From positions 705-64,704 of the forward strand of contig CALRHE010000002.1 of NCBI GenBank assembly GCA_943359345.1: DNA of 64,000 nt. The letters are read 5' to 3'. A program made the position numbers and the translations under genes. Positions 1-8,858 of this stretch are shown one piece after another (position 1 is the stretch's first letter; each line of letters begins with the position of its first letter). The notes beneath the pieces were generated by a model. It worked only from the letters and a program-made list of their open reading frames with translations. It was not told where the DNA came from and did no database searches. This DNA comes from Candidatus Uhrbacteria bacterium. GTDB lineage: Bacteria; Patescibacteriota; Patescibacteriia; UBA9934.

Positions 1-571
1 GTATACGCTTGTCCTTGATCGACAGCTCGTGTCGCACTCCGCTTTTGCCCCGAAAAATAAATTTCATATCTGATCCTCGGCCATGCACGTGTCGTCTAAG
101 TAAGGTGGTGAGCCCGTATGATTTATTTTCGTGGGCATATTCTTCATTGCCAACACGAATATAAGTAGTATCGAGAAGTTTGACGAGCGTAGCCACAACC
201 TTGGCTTTGGGTATCCCGGGCAGGGCTAGATCTTGTGCCACAGAGCGGCGCAGACTCCCTAAAATACGCGCAAAGGGTAATAGTTGTTCATACTTCACCA
301 CCTCGCGCTGTGATCGCCAGACTGGGTGATAGAAATATTGTTTTCGACCACGATCATCATGGGCCGTAGCCTGTAAATGACCGTGAGGATCTGGGGTTAC
401 CCAAACGTGAATATACGCTGGCGGGATGCCCAGGCTTTCACAGCGCTTGATAATTCTTTGACTTTTGATAAGTCGACCGCGTTGATTATAAAAAACAAAT
501 TTATCTCCCACGAATTTACGTGTAAATCCAGGCTGGTTGTCTGAGGTATGATGCAACTTTGCAGATGGCAT
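1..571 (-). CDS. DNA topoisomerase IB, bacterial type (3' end runs off the window)
   Basis: Hand translation from ATG at 571 gives MPSAKLHHTSDNQPGFTRK...LGIPPAYIHVWV...GHLQATAHDDRGRKQYFYH...IRVGNEEYAHENKSYGLTTL...FRGKSGVRH, the hallmark topo IB motifs. Absent from the ORF track because it has no stop in the window. Confidence 0.9.
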   Translation of the reverse strand, partial: MPSAKLHHTSDNQPGFTRKFVGDKFVFYNQRGRLIKSQRIIKRCESLGIPPAYIHVWVTPDPHGHLQATAHDDRGRKQYFYHPVWRSQREVVKYEQLLPFARILGSLRRSVAQDLALPGIPKAKVVATLVKLLDTTYIRVGNEEYAHENKSYGLTTLLRRHVHGRGSDMKFIFRGKSGVRHELSIKDKRI

Positions 572-596
572 AACAACAAGTATCATTATAATCTAT

Positions 597-1070
597 ATGA
601 CTATCGACATCCTCTTTACCGTGCTCATGTGCTTATGCGTGCTTTTGACCTGTATCCCCACTTTGCCGGGCGTGCCGCTCATGTTCGCACTCACCTTTAT
701 ATACGGCCTCATTGATGGCTTCGAAACCATGGCGGCTTGGCATCTAGCAATTTTTGCCGCACTCGCTCTACTCTCGATTGCCATTGATTACTCATCAGGC
801 CTGATTGGAGCCAAGCTGGGAGGTGCTAGCAAAAAAGCTTTGCTGTTTGGAATCATTGGATTGTTCGTTGGCTTGATAGTCTTCCCACCACTCGGCGCTT
901 TTGCTGGTTTGTTTATCGGTGTATTTATCGCCGAGCTAGTTCAATTCCGTGATCACCACCGAGCCCTCAAAGCAGCCTCATATTCCTTAGTAGCCACAGT
1001 AACAGGTGCTTTAGCCAATATTCTAATCGCCATCGGAAGCTTGGTCGGTTTTCTAATTGTCATTTACTAA
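597..1070 (+). CDS. DUF456/YqgC-like membrane protein
   Basis: Hydrophobic protein with PxLPG, DY..G..GAK..GAS and PP.G...G.F.G...AE motifs. Confidence 0.8.
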   Translation: MTIDILFTVLMCLCVLLTCIPTLPGVPLMFALTFIYGLIDGFETMAAWHLAIFAALALLSIAIDYSSGLIGAKLGGASKKALLFGIIGLFVGLIVFPPLGAFAGLFIGVFIAELVQFRDHHRALKAASYSLVATVTGALANILIAIGSLVGFLIVIY

Positions 1071-1139
1071 TACTGACTCGATCAAAAGTTATCTGTGGGT
1101 AAGTTTACAACAAGTCTAATACATCTTGATATTATTGTG

Positions 1140-2804
1140 ATGAATTTTAATCCTTTCTCAGGAAATGCTATGTCTTCACACAGGCTTCATGCCTTGTCGG
1201 TATTGCGGGTTGCCGCGTTAATCGCCTGCGCCGCTATTGGCTTTTTTGTGCTTAGTAACTCTGCCCAGGCAGCAAACACGTTATCTTCCTCTGCCTACAT
1301 TGATGCCAACGGTAATGGCACCATCGACAACATCAAACTAACTTTTGATGAAAACATCGACCTGTGTACTTTTGAAGCTGGCGACTGGACAGTTAACACG
1401 GCTGGTAGCGTCACCGTAGCTATTACGGGTATCAATGCAGCCAATCCAGAAAGCAACGGTCAAGGTGACTGTAATGGCACAGACGCCGTCATTTATCTGT
1501 CTATTACAGCTGACGCTAATGAAACAGGTGGCGCTACGGCACCAGTAGTCAGCTACGCCAACGCTGTTACCGCTGGCAGCTTGAGCGGAGTCACCACAGC
1601 TCAAATTTCTGCCAAGGCCAGCGCTACCGTCACCGACACCGCTGCCCCAACTGTTGTTAGCACTTCCCCGGCTAGCGCCGCTACCGGAGTGTCTGTGAGT
1701 GCGGATATAATCATCACTTTTTCAGAGTCCATGGACACTGGCTTCGTGGAGAACACTGAATTCACAGTCTCGCCTGACCCAGGCACTTTCTCAGCCGCCT
1801 GGACAGTTAGTGACACCGTGGTTACTTTGAGCTTCCCTAACATGGTTTGTGGTATTGCTTACACCGTAGCAACGGTTGAAGCCCAAGTCGTAGCCTCAGC
1901 TGGTACGCCCACCGCCCTGATTACTACCGGGGCTCAAGATGGTGATTGGGTCTTCAACGCCAGTACTTGTGGAGGTGGCGGTACTACACCGGCCGTTATA
2001 ACCAGCTTTGAATACGCTGGACCTGTATGTGGTAGTGTAGACACACACTCATTCTCAGTCTCCGGTACCAACATCGACGCTTATATTACCGACGATAACA
2101 GCTACTTCACTTACGGCGAGTGGACCACCAATAATATTGAGGGTACGGGTACGATTGATGCTACTTTTGACAGTAACGAAACCTGGGCCTACTTGGCTCT
2201 ACGCAGCGACACTGGTACCGTCACCAATACCTATGCGTTTGAACTTAATAACTGGTCAGACACTTGTGAAGAGGACGATGACGAAGTAGTGGTTGAAGAG
2301 GAGGTAATCGAAGACGTTGAGGACGAAGACAGCGTCACCCCAGTAGCAGGCGTATCTCCCGGCGATGTCATTAGCAGCTCAACCTCGACAGCTGTTTACT
2401 ACGTAACCGAAACCTACGGCCGCCGAGTGTTTATTAATGAAGCCGCTTACTTCACCTGGTTTGAGTCTTTCGACGCTGTCATTGAAGTAAGCGCCGATAC
2501 TCTAGCCGCCCTGCCGCTCGAAGGCAGCATGTTGCCTAAGGCCGGCGTAGTCTTAGTCAAAATTCAGTCAATCGCCGATGTCTTTTATCTTGACGCTGGC
2601 AGTGATGACTTAGTCCCAGCCTTGCGTCTAATCAGCGATGAAAACATGGCTATCTCCCTATTTGGTAGCTACTGGGCTGATTACGTCATCGACATCGAGC
2701 CCACCTTCTTCACCAAATTCGAAACCGGTACAGCCATTGAGGCTGACGAGTCATTGAGCAGTGATGTAGGTGATATGAAGAAAAGACAGGACCTCCACGA
2801 TTAA
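1140..2804 (+). CDS. Secreted surface protein with Ig-like (Big_5) domain and CPR-type C-terminal domain
   Basis: Signal peptide ending AQA; DTAAPTVVSTSP...ITFSESMD Big_5-like segment; acidic linker; C-terminal GDVI...AVYYV...RRVF.NE..YFTWF domain. Start uncertain (1095/1140/1170). Confidence 0.7.
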   Translation: MNFNPFSGNAMSSHRLHALSVLRVAALIACAAIGFFVLSNSAQAANTLSSSAYIDANGNGTIDNIKLTFDENIDLCTFEAGDWTVNTAGSVTVAITGINAANPESNGQGDCNGTDAVIYLSITADANETGGATAPVVSYANAVTAGSLSGVTTAQISAKASATVTDTAAPTVVSTSPASAATGVSVSADIIITFSESMDTGFVENTEFTVSPDPGTFSAAWTVSDTVVTLSFPNMVCGIAYTVATVEAQVVASAGTPTALITTGAQDGDWVFNASTCGGGGTTPAVITSFEYAGPVCGSVDTHSFSVSGTNIDAYITDDNSYFTYGEWTTNNIEGTGTIDATFDSNETWAYLALRSDTGTVTNTYAFELNNWSDTCEEDDDEVVVEEEVIEDVEDEDSVTPVAGVSPGDVISSSTSTAVYYVTETYGRRVFINEAAYFTWFESFDAVIEVSADTLAALPLEGSMLPKAGVVLVKIQSIADVFYLDAGSDDLVPALRLISDENMAISLFGSYWADYVIDIEPTFFTKFETGTAIEADESLSSDVGDMKKRQDLHD

Positions 2805-2818
2805 ATAAGACCGTGATT

Positions 2819-2850
2819 AAAATACCAGCCCGACCCGGGCTGGTATTTTT
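2819..2850 (+). terminator. Intrinsic terminator
   Basis: AATACCAGCCCG/CGGGCTGGTATT stem followed by a T run. Confidence 0.85.
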
Positions 2851-2876
2851 ATGTAGTTTAAGCTATTCTGTGGCCC

Positions 2877-2978
2877 ATGCTTAAACGTCAAACTACTATT
2901 CTGGGATTGTTCGCGGGCTCGGCCCTAACTACCCTATTTCTCATGGGTTATATTATGTTCTGGGTGGCTACGCGATAG
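2877..2978 (+). CDS. Small single-TM peptide (33 aa)
   Basis: MLKRQTTILGLFAGSALTTLFLMGYIMFWVATR*: basic N-terminus plus a hydrophobic helix; below the ORF-track cut-off. Confidence 0.5.
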   Translation: MLKRQTTILGLFAGSALTTLFLMGYIMFWVATR

Positions 2979-3018
2979 CTGAACACTCAAAATAAAAGCC
3001 CCACAATATAGCTCAGGT

Positions 3019-3888
3019 ATGATTAAAGCCTCGCAATCACGCTTACGCTGGGCCAATGATCAGTGTCCCTTGTCCGGGTCTTCAATCCCATCTCTACACC
3101 ACACCCGCTGGTACGCCGAAAGTCAGACTGATCAACCGCCACCAAGCTGGCAGATAGATGGCTTTACGAGCACCATTTTCCAATCTCGATTTTTCAGTTG
3201 GTATCGTACTTTTTCGCAGGACGAACCGCAGCTTAAGTCCAGCCACTCACTAATTACTGTTTGTGAATGGCTGCCGCGTTACGAACCACTCAATTCATCC
3301 GGCTGGATAACTTTTGGTCGTCACTATACAAGCGCCTATGCCAATCTTCATCCCGACTACCTCAAGGACTGGCGAGAACATGCACTTAGACATCTAAAAA
3401 AGTTTAAGCGTGCAAACTGTGAATTGCGTTTAGGCACGCGTGAAGAGGTGGTTAAACTATACGCTACTTCACAAGTACCTAAACACCTTCAAGTGGCCTT
3501 GTTAAGGCTGCTCGATAAACATCTCGCGACCCATCTCGACACGATCGATATTCTGATCGCTGAAAAACACGGTCAACCGATCGCCTGTCATATAGTTGGA
3601 AATTGTGCTGAGGCAAAGCTCAGCGAATATATCATCGGAGCTTTTGATCCAAACTATAAACACGACCAACCTATGGTTGGATTGATTGACTGGTGGTACC
3701 GTCGTTCGCTTGAGCGTGGCTATACCTGGCTTACGTTTGGATTCATGGAGTCGTGGGACTGGGGCCTACCCAAAACCGGCAACGGTTATTCTTTGTTCAA
3801 AACTCATTTCGGGGTCCAACGAATGTGGTTTCCGCAAAACCGTTGGAAGATTATATTCAACCACAAGGGTCTCTTCACTAGACCCTAA
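3019..3888 (+). CDS. GNAT/FemAB-like acyltransferase family protein
   Basis: Helical WREHALRHLKKFK segment and C-terminal LTFG...GYSLFKTHFG motif typical of FemAB/Acetyltransf_6 proteins. Confidence 0.65.
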   Translation: MIKASQSRLRWANDQCPLSGSSIPSLHHTRWYAESQTDQPPPSWQIDGFTSTIFQSRFFSWYRTFSQDEPQLKSSHSLITVCEWLPRYEPLNSSGWITFGRHYTSAYANLHPDYLKDWREHALRHLKKFKRANCELRLGTREEVVKLYATSQVPKHLQVALLRLLDKHLATHLDTIDILIAEKHGQPIACHIVGNCAEAKLSEYIIGAFDPNYKHDQPMVGLIDWWYRRSLERGYTWLTFGFMESWDWGLPKTGNGYSLFKTHFGVQRMWFPQNRWKIIFNHKGLFTRP

Positions 3889-3930
3889 GCACGAGCTACA
3901 ATGCCAAAGTTCACTCACTTCAAATTCTGC

Positions 3931-4440
3931 TTTATGGACAAGAAGCTTTTCGGTGGTTTGGCACTCATCTTACTCTTAGGGGCTGGCTGTACTGAAGCCA
4001 ACATCGTCGATACCACGGTTAATACTGGAAACCCAACTGAGACCTCTGCCATTACCGCGGATGAATCTGAAGCTAGCGGCACGGTTGAAACTGGGGTCGT
4101 GGTCGACATCAGCGGTGACATGATCGGCGGCGATGTCAAAGCCGAAATCGTAGTTGAGGCCAGCGTGAAAGAATTTACAGTTACCGGTGGCAACTTCGCC
4201 TTTTCTCCGACCAGTTTGAGCGTAAACAAGGGTGACACAGTACGCATTACCTTCAAAAATGCTGAGGGCTTTCACGACTTCGTAATTGATGAATTCGATG
4301 TCGCCACCAAACAAATCTCGGCCGCGACTGAAGAAACCGTAGAGTTTGTAGCCGACCAAGCTGGCAGTTTTGAATTTTATTGCTCGGTTGGTCAACATCG
4401 TCAATTGGGCATGAAGGGTACCTTGACCGTCACTGAATAA
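3931..4440 (+). CDS. Cupredoxin (plastocyanin/azurin-like) lipoprotein
   Basis: Lipobox LGAGC; type-1 Cu ligands HDF...YCSVGQHRQLGM. Confidence 0.85.
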   Translation, partial: FMDKKLFGGLALILLLGAGCTEANIVDTTVNTGNPTETSAITADESEASGTVETGVVVDISGDMIGGDVKAEIVVEASVKEFTVTGGNFAFSPTSLSVNKGDTVRITFKNAEGFHDFVIDEFDVATKQISAATEETVEFVADQAGSFEFYCSVGQHRQLGMKGTLTVTE

Positions 4441-4442
4441 CT

Positions 4443-4805
4443 ATGAACAAGCAGGGCTGGTTAACCGTCCTCGTGATTGCAATTTTTCTAGCCGGGGCTA
4501 TCAGCCTACTAATCTGGAACGAATCCCACCTCGCGATTATCCCCTCAACCCCATCAACCCCCAATGATATCTATACTCTATCCGACATCGCCACGCACAC
4601 TGAGGCAGCCAGTTGCTGGACGAGCATAGACGGTAGCGTCTATGACTTGACCGAGTTTATCGAAGAGCATCCGGGCGGATCTAAAGCAATTCTTGTGATC
4701 TGTGGCTTTGATGGCACAGGTTCCTTCAACAGCATGCCGGCGGCAGTCATGCCAGTGGTTCGGATGACTTTGGCAAAGTATAAAATTGGGACCCTAGCCG
4801 AGTAA
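4443..4805 (+). CDS. Membrane-anchored cytochrome b5-like heme/steroid-binding protein
   Basis: N-terminal TM helix; CWTSIDGSVYDLTEFIEEHPGG...CGFDGT motif. Confidence 0.85.
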   Translation: MNKQGWLTVLVIAIFLAGAISLLIWNESHLAIIPSTPSTPNDIYTLSDIATHTEAASCWTSIDGSVYDLTEFIEEHPGGSKAILVICGFDGTGSFNSMPAAVMPVVRMTLAKYKIGTLAE

Positions 4806-4806
4806 T

Positions 4807-5184
4807 ATGGGAAAATACGATTCTTTGGTGCCGCTAGTTCTGCGCGTCGGCATGGCCGCAGTCTTTGCTTGGTTTGGACTCCATCAGCTCTTCGATCCTA
4901 GTAGTTGGATCGCCTTTGTGCCGAGCTTCATGACTAACCCCTGGATAACCTCTGAGTCAATCGTTCTCGTAAACGGTTGGGCAGAAGTGGTAGGCGCCTT
5001 CCTCCTGCTCATCGGCTTCCAGACCAGACCAGTTGCGCTTCTCCTTAGCCTTCACATGTTGTTCATCACAATTGAAACCGGCGGTGCTATTGGTGTGCGC
5101 GATCTGGGGATTACGATCGCCTGCCTAGCTCTAGCCCTATCGACCATCGACCGCTGGACACTTGACGCTAAATTCAGAAGCTAA
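4807..5184 (+). CDS. DoxX family membrane protein
   Basis: LR.G.A.VF..FG, E...A.LLL.G..TR, RD.G and WTLD motifs. Confidence 0.8.
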   Translation: MGKYDSLVPLVLRVGMAAVFAWFGLHQLFDPSSWIAFVPSFMTNPWITSESIVLVNGWAEVVGAFLLLIGFQTRPVALLLSLHMLFITIETGGAIGVRDLGITIACLALALSTIDRWTLDAKFRS

Positions 5185-5195
5185 AAACTCAATAC

Positions 5196-5232
5196 AAAAA
5201 ACCGCCCTGAGCAAAGTCGAAGGCGGTTTTTT
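5196..5232. terminator. Bidirectional terminator with a REP-like CTGAGC...TCGAAGG loop
   Basis: AAAAAACCGCC-CTGAGCAAAGTCGAA-GGCGGTTTTTT between convergent genes. Confidence 0.8.
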
Positions 5233-5243
5233 AACTCAAGCAC

Positions 5244-5378
5244 TTAGGCCTGGTCGGTGGTCTCAGTAACTTCCTCAACTGGAGCTGCTTCAACAGTCTC
5301 TGGCATAGCTGTCTCCTCAGCAGGAGCCTCGGTTGGCATAGCTGGAGCAGCTGTCTGCATATCTTCGCCGTCGAACAT
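5244..5378 (-). CDS. Small acidic low-complexity protein (44 aa)
   Basis: MFDGEDMQTAAPAMPTEAPAEETAMPETVEAAPVEEVTETTDQA*; AT-rich leader; ends just before the terminator. Confidence 0.55.
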   Translation of the reverse strand: MFDGEDMQTAAPAMPTEAPAEETAMPETVEAAPVEEVTETTDQA

Positions 5379-5541
5379 AATATGTATGTTTAAAGAATCA
5401 AACGGTGCCCATTTAAGGGAACGGGGGAAGTCTAATGGATGTGACTCCTAAAGTCAAGGATTTTTATCTAATTGCAGACCAGAGTTTTTACCGGTAAACT
5501 TAGCCAGTATACTGATAGTGACGATTAATCACTCGAGATTT

Positions 5542-5670
5542 ATGAGGAGATTGGGAAGACAAAGAATGATGGCGCCTATGGGTCGCCGTCGACGCAGCCC
5601 GTTGCGCTTCATTCCAATACTAATAGTGCTTGGAATAGTGGCCTATTTCATCATGAAGACCACCGGTTAG
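5542..5670 (+). CDS. Small Arg-rich single-TM peptide (42 aa)
   Basis: MRRLGRQRMMAPMGRRRRSPLRFIPILIVLGIVAYFIMKTTG*. Confidence 0.5.
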   Translation: MRRLGRQRMMAPMGRRRRSPLRFIPILIVLGIVAYFIMKTTG

Positions 5671-5703
5671 CTCAGATTTAAATCCGCGAGAATATTAGCG
5701 CTT

Positions 5704-6447
5704 ATGAATCTTGAAATCAAAATCGGGCTTTTCGTATTAGTCATAATTTTGGCAATCGTGATTTACGATGTCATTCAAACTACTCGTCTGATTAGGATTG
5801 GGGTTGAACAAACCAATACTACCCAAGCTTTTGAGCGCCGCTTAAGCTCGCCTGAGTACCATTTTCTCATAATTGGCGATAGCTCGGCGGTTGGGGTTGG
5901 GGCTATCCCCAGTGAAGGCTCGATCGCAGGTCGTTTAGCGGCTGACTTCCCCACTGCTGATATTCGTAATCTGGCGGTCAGTGGGAGTAAGGTGACTGAT
6001 GCGATCAAACAACTTGAAAATCTACCCGAAACCGAACGCTACGACCTGATTTTGATTCAGATCGGTGGCAATGACATCGTGCGTCGCACGCCGTACGTCG
6101 ACATCGAACGCGAACTTCCGAAACTTTTCAGCCTAGCCAACGCTCACTCTGAAAATGTCGTCCAACTAACTAGCGGCAACGTTGGTACTTCTAGGCTCCT
6201 ACCCTTCGGGACCCGTTGGTACTTCACCCTCAGAACCAAAGCAGTGCGTAAAATATTCATGAGCATAGCCGTCGATCAACATGTCCATTACATCGATCTG
6301 TTCCGCACTCGAGCCCATGATCCTTACGCCCAAGACCCAAAAACCTACTACTCACCAGACTTCTTCCACCCTAGCGCTGAAGGCTATGGGGACTGGTATA
6401 AATTCGTGGCTCCGATCGTAAAGGCCCTGCCCGGACTTGAAAAATAG
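5704..6447 (+). CDS. SGNH/GDSL hydrolase, membrane-anchored
   Basis: GDSS, AVSG, GGND and DFFHP blocks. Confidence 0.9.
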   Translation: MNLEIKIGLFVLVIILAIVIYDVIQTTRLIRIGVEQTNTTQAFERRLSSPEYHFLIIGDSSAVGVGAIPSEGSIAGRLAADFPTADIRNLAVSGSKVTDAIKQLENLPETERYDLILIQIGGNDIVRRTPYVDIERELPKLFSLANAHSENVVQLTSGNVGTSRLLPFGTRWYFTLRTKAVRKIFMSIAVDQHVHYIDLFRTRAHDPYAQDPKTYYSPDFFHPSAEGYGDWYKFVAPIVKALPGLEK

Positions 6448-6465
6448 CCCTCTCGGTGCTATTCT
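6437..6465 (+). promoter_or_regulatory. Sigma70 promoter for tRNA-Thr(TGT)
   Basis: TTGAAA-N17-TATTCT with an extended -10 TG. Confidence 0.6.
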
Positions 6466-6481
6466 TTCACAGCTCAAACAC

Positions 6482-6557
6482 GCCGATGTAGCTCAGTTGG
6501 TAGAGCAACGGTTTTGTAAACCGTAGGTCGTCGGTTCAAGCCCGACCATCGGCTCCA
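6482..6557 (+). tRNA. tRNA-Thr(TGT)
   Basis: 76-nt cloverleaf; anticodon arm ACGGT-TT-TGT-AA-ACCGT; encoded CCA. Confidence 0.97.
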
Positions 6558-6575
6558 CAAAAAGCCCAATATCCC

Positions 6576-6604
6576 TTGCGTTGTTGGATTAATTCCGGTA
6601 TTAT
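6576..6604 (+). promoter_or_regulatory. Sigma70 promoter upstream of tRNA-Tyr
   Basis: TTGCGT-N17-TATTAT followed by a GC-rich discriminator. Confidence 0.6.
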
Positions 6605-6727
6605 TCGGCCCGCAACGCACCGTAGGCTAGTGGCCCGAACGTAGTGAGGGCCAAAGCGAGCGGCGGATAGACGAGACGAGGGCGACCACAGGGAGTCCGA
6701 ATGAGAGTCTATCTGGCAAGTAAGCGT

Positions 6728-6813
6728 GGGTCGATACCGAAGCGGTCAAACGGGGCAGACTGTAAATCTGCTGGCGCAAGCCTACGAAGGTTCGAACCCT
6801 TCTCGACCCACCA
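6728..6813 (+). tRNA. tRNA-Tyr(GTA)
   Basis: 86-nt type II tRNA; GCAGA-CT-GTA-AA-TCTGC; long variable arm; CCA. Confidence 0.97.
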
Positions 6814-6846
6814 TGTAGAAAACCCATATAACATCATAACTCCCCA

Positions 6847-6962
6847 GGTTCATTTAAATCATTCAGCTCCTAGAAGCGAACGAGTAAGGCCGCGGCGTAG
6901 GTAAATCCTACGGTAAGGCCGACGGAGTAAGCGACAACGGAGATGAATGATTTAAATGAACC
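6847..6962 (+). repeat. Long imperfect hairpin element, family A copy 1
   Basis: Perfect 19-bp terminal inverted repeat GGTTCATTTAAATCATTCA; core shared with 27398-27521. Confidence 0.8.
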
Positions 6963-6967
6963 GATTC

Positions 6968-7043
6968 GCCGCAGTAGCTCAGTTGGTAGAGCGCATCCAT
7001 GGTAAGGATGAGGTCATCGGTTCAAACCCGATCTGTGGCTCCA
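6968..7043 (+). tRNA. tRNA-Thr(GGT)
   Basis: 76-nt cloverleaf; CATCC-AT-GGT-AA-GGATG; CCA. Confidence 0.96.
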
Positions 7044-7107
7044 TATGGTCCCGTCTTGACGGGATTTTATGTTTAGGCTAGGATTGTCTAGATTTTTATC
7101 CCCTACT

Positions 7108-7263
7108 ATGTCCCAGGAAACCCTCATCAAATTGGAATGCACGGTCTGCAAAAATATTAACTACCGATCCACCAAAAACAAGAAATTGTTGAAGGATCGT
7201 CTAGAGCTTAATAAGCATTGCTCAACCTGCGTCAAACACACTCCACATAAGGAAACCAAGTAA
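7108..7263 (+). CDS. rpmG: 50S ribosomal protein L33 (zinc-ribbon form)
   Basis: [14 protein letters not shown]...NY...KNKK...[19 protein letters not shown]. Confidence 0.95.
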   Translation: MSQETLIKLECTVCKNINYRSTKNKKLLKDRLELNKHCSTCVKHTPHKETK

Positions 7264-7286
7264 AAACTGGCTCTGAGCCAGTTTTT
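7262..7286. terminator. Bidirectional terminator
   Basis: AAAAACTGGCTCTGAGCCAGTTTTT between convergent genes. Confidence 0.8.
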
Positions 7287-8085
7287 ACTTTCTAAGATTT
7301 TTTTCCCTGACTGCCTCTATTCGTTCCTCAAAGTCGGGGATCTTCTGGTTGTCGGAGTTGACCTCGCGCAGATGATTGAGAGCAATGGTGGCTTCCATCA
7401 CATCTCCCTTCTTAATAGCCGCCTCAATAAAGAAATCTAGGTACTTGGGATTGTTGGGGCTAATGTTTTTAGCTCGCGAAAAATAGGTAAAGGCGGCATT
7501 GACATCATTTTCAATGATCGCAATTTCACCCAAACTCGCTAGCACACTGGCGTCTTGAGGTGACAACTTCTGGAGATATTTGAACGCCTCCTTGGCATTC
7601 TCCAAGTTTCTAGTTTGGATATACAAACGACCGATATATTCGTAGGCGTCAACGTTTTTGGGATCAAGGCTCAAAACCTCGACCAGCTTCTTCTCGGCAG
7701 CGTCGTACATGTCTTCATCCAACAACTTACTCGCCTCATCAATCATGCGACGAAGTTCTTGAAGATTGGGCTTGCGTCGTGCTGATGACTTCTGACGCTC
7801 GGCATATGAGCGCTCAATGGCCGCTAGCTTGGCGGCTGTACGGCGGACGGTATTTTGTATCCAAGTGAAAGGTCCACCCATGGATCTACGCAGGCTGGCA
7901 GCTTTTTCGTTACTCACTCGTTCCAGACGCTTACGCAAAATGTCATACTTTACACCTTTAGCCTTGGCCTGTTTGGAGGTTGAAGGATCAACAATCTTGA
8001 GTTGGGGCAATTTACGGGCGACAATCCAAAACAACAGCAGAAGACCTAAACCTAGGAGACCTAAAAAAATAATCGTCCAAATCAT
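7285..8085 (-). CDS. Membrane-anchored TPR protein
   Basis: N-terminal TM helix; repeated TPR units (LDPKNVDAY, LSPQDAS, ISPNNPKY). Confidence 0.8.
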   Translation of the reverse strand: MIWTIIFLGLLGLGLLLLFWIVARKLPQLKIVDPSTSKQAKAKGVKYDILRKRLERVSNEKAASLRRSMGGPFTWIQNTVRRTAAKLAAIERSYAERQKSSARRKPNLQELRRMIDEASKLLDEDMYDAAEKKLVEVLSLDPKNVDAYEYIGRLYIQTRNLENAKEAFKYLQKLSPQDASVLASLGEIAIIENDVNAAFTYFSRAKNISPNNPKYLDFFIEAAIKKGDVMEATIALNHLREVNSDNQKIPDFEERIEAVREKNLRK

Positions 8086-8858
8086 ACAGATGCTTGAGCC
8101 TCGATTACGTCACAGGCGGCGCCTATGATTTGCGCAAACTCATTGGCTTTGATACTAGCCCCGCCTACGAGTAAACCATCAATCTCAGGTTCGCGCAAAA
8201 ATTGATAAGCGTTCTTAGCGGCCACTGAACCACCGTACAACACAAAGCAGTGATCGGTAGGTAGCTTGAGCTCATGCAGCAAGTATTCTCGGATGAGTTT
8301 GTGCATAGCTACAATCTGCTCGGGGCTGGCAGGCTGCCCGCTCCCAATAGCCCAAACCGGCTCATAGGCCACCATAAAGCTCTTGCCTCTAGGCAATTTC
8401 TGGTTGGCAAAAGCTTGCTTCAGTTGTCGGAGTACATACTCCTCTGCTTGCTCAGCCTGACGAACCTCCATAGGTTCCCCCACGCACAAAATCGGTGTGA
8501 GGTTGGAAGCAAGCACGGCCGTCAGACGATCATGAACTACAGCGTCATCTTCACCGAACTTTAGACGACGTTCAGAGTGCCCAAGAATGGCGTACTGACA
8601 ACCCAGGTCTTCAAGCTGGGCAATACCGATCTCACCAGTGAAGGCGCCAGCGCGGTCTGGACCGGCATTTTGCGCACCAAGGGCTAGGTGGGTCCGGGTA
8701 ACAAGTTTATGCGCCTCGGCTAGGGCTGTGGCTGAAGGGCAAATCACTATGCCGGGAAAATGTTTGCGCCCTTGGACAGACCGTAAAATACTGCGCACAA
8801 GTGCGATTGATTCGCGTACGGACAAGTTCATTTTCCAATTGGCGACCACGTATTTCAT
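8082..8858 (-). CDS. tpiA: Triosephosphate isomerase
   Basis: ANWKMN, GHSERR, AYEPVWAIG, YGGSV and LVGGAS motifs. Confidence 0.97.
   Translation of the reverse strand: MKYVVANWKMNLSVRESIALVRSILRSVQGRKHFPGIVICPSATALAEAHKLVTRTHLALGAQNAGPDRAGAFTGEIGIAQLEDLGCQYAILGHSERRLKFGEDDAVVHDRLTAVLASNLTPILCVGEPMEVRQAEQAEEYVLRQLKQAFANQKLPRGKSFMVAYEPVWAIGSGQPASPEQIVAMHKLIREYLLHELKLPTDHCFVLYGGSVAAKNAYQFLREPEIDGLLVGGASIKANEFAQIIGAACDVIEAQASV

Noticed and set aside
6847-6962. Degenerate tRNA-Gly or tRNA intron
   Set aside because: No T-loop, D-loop or CCA; the flanking tRNAs are complete and uninterrupted
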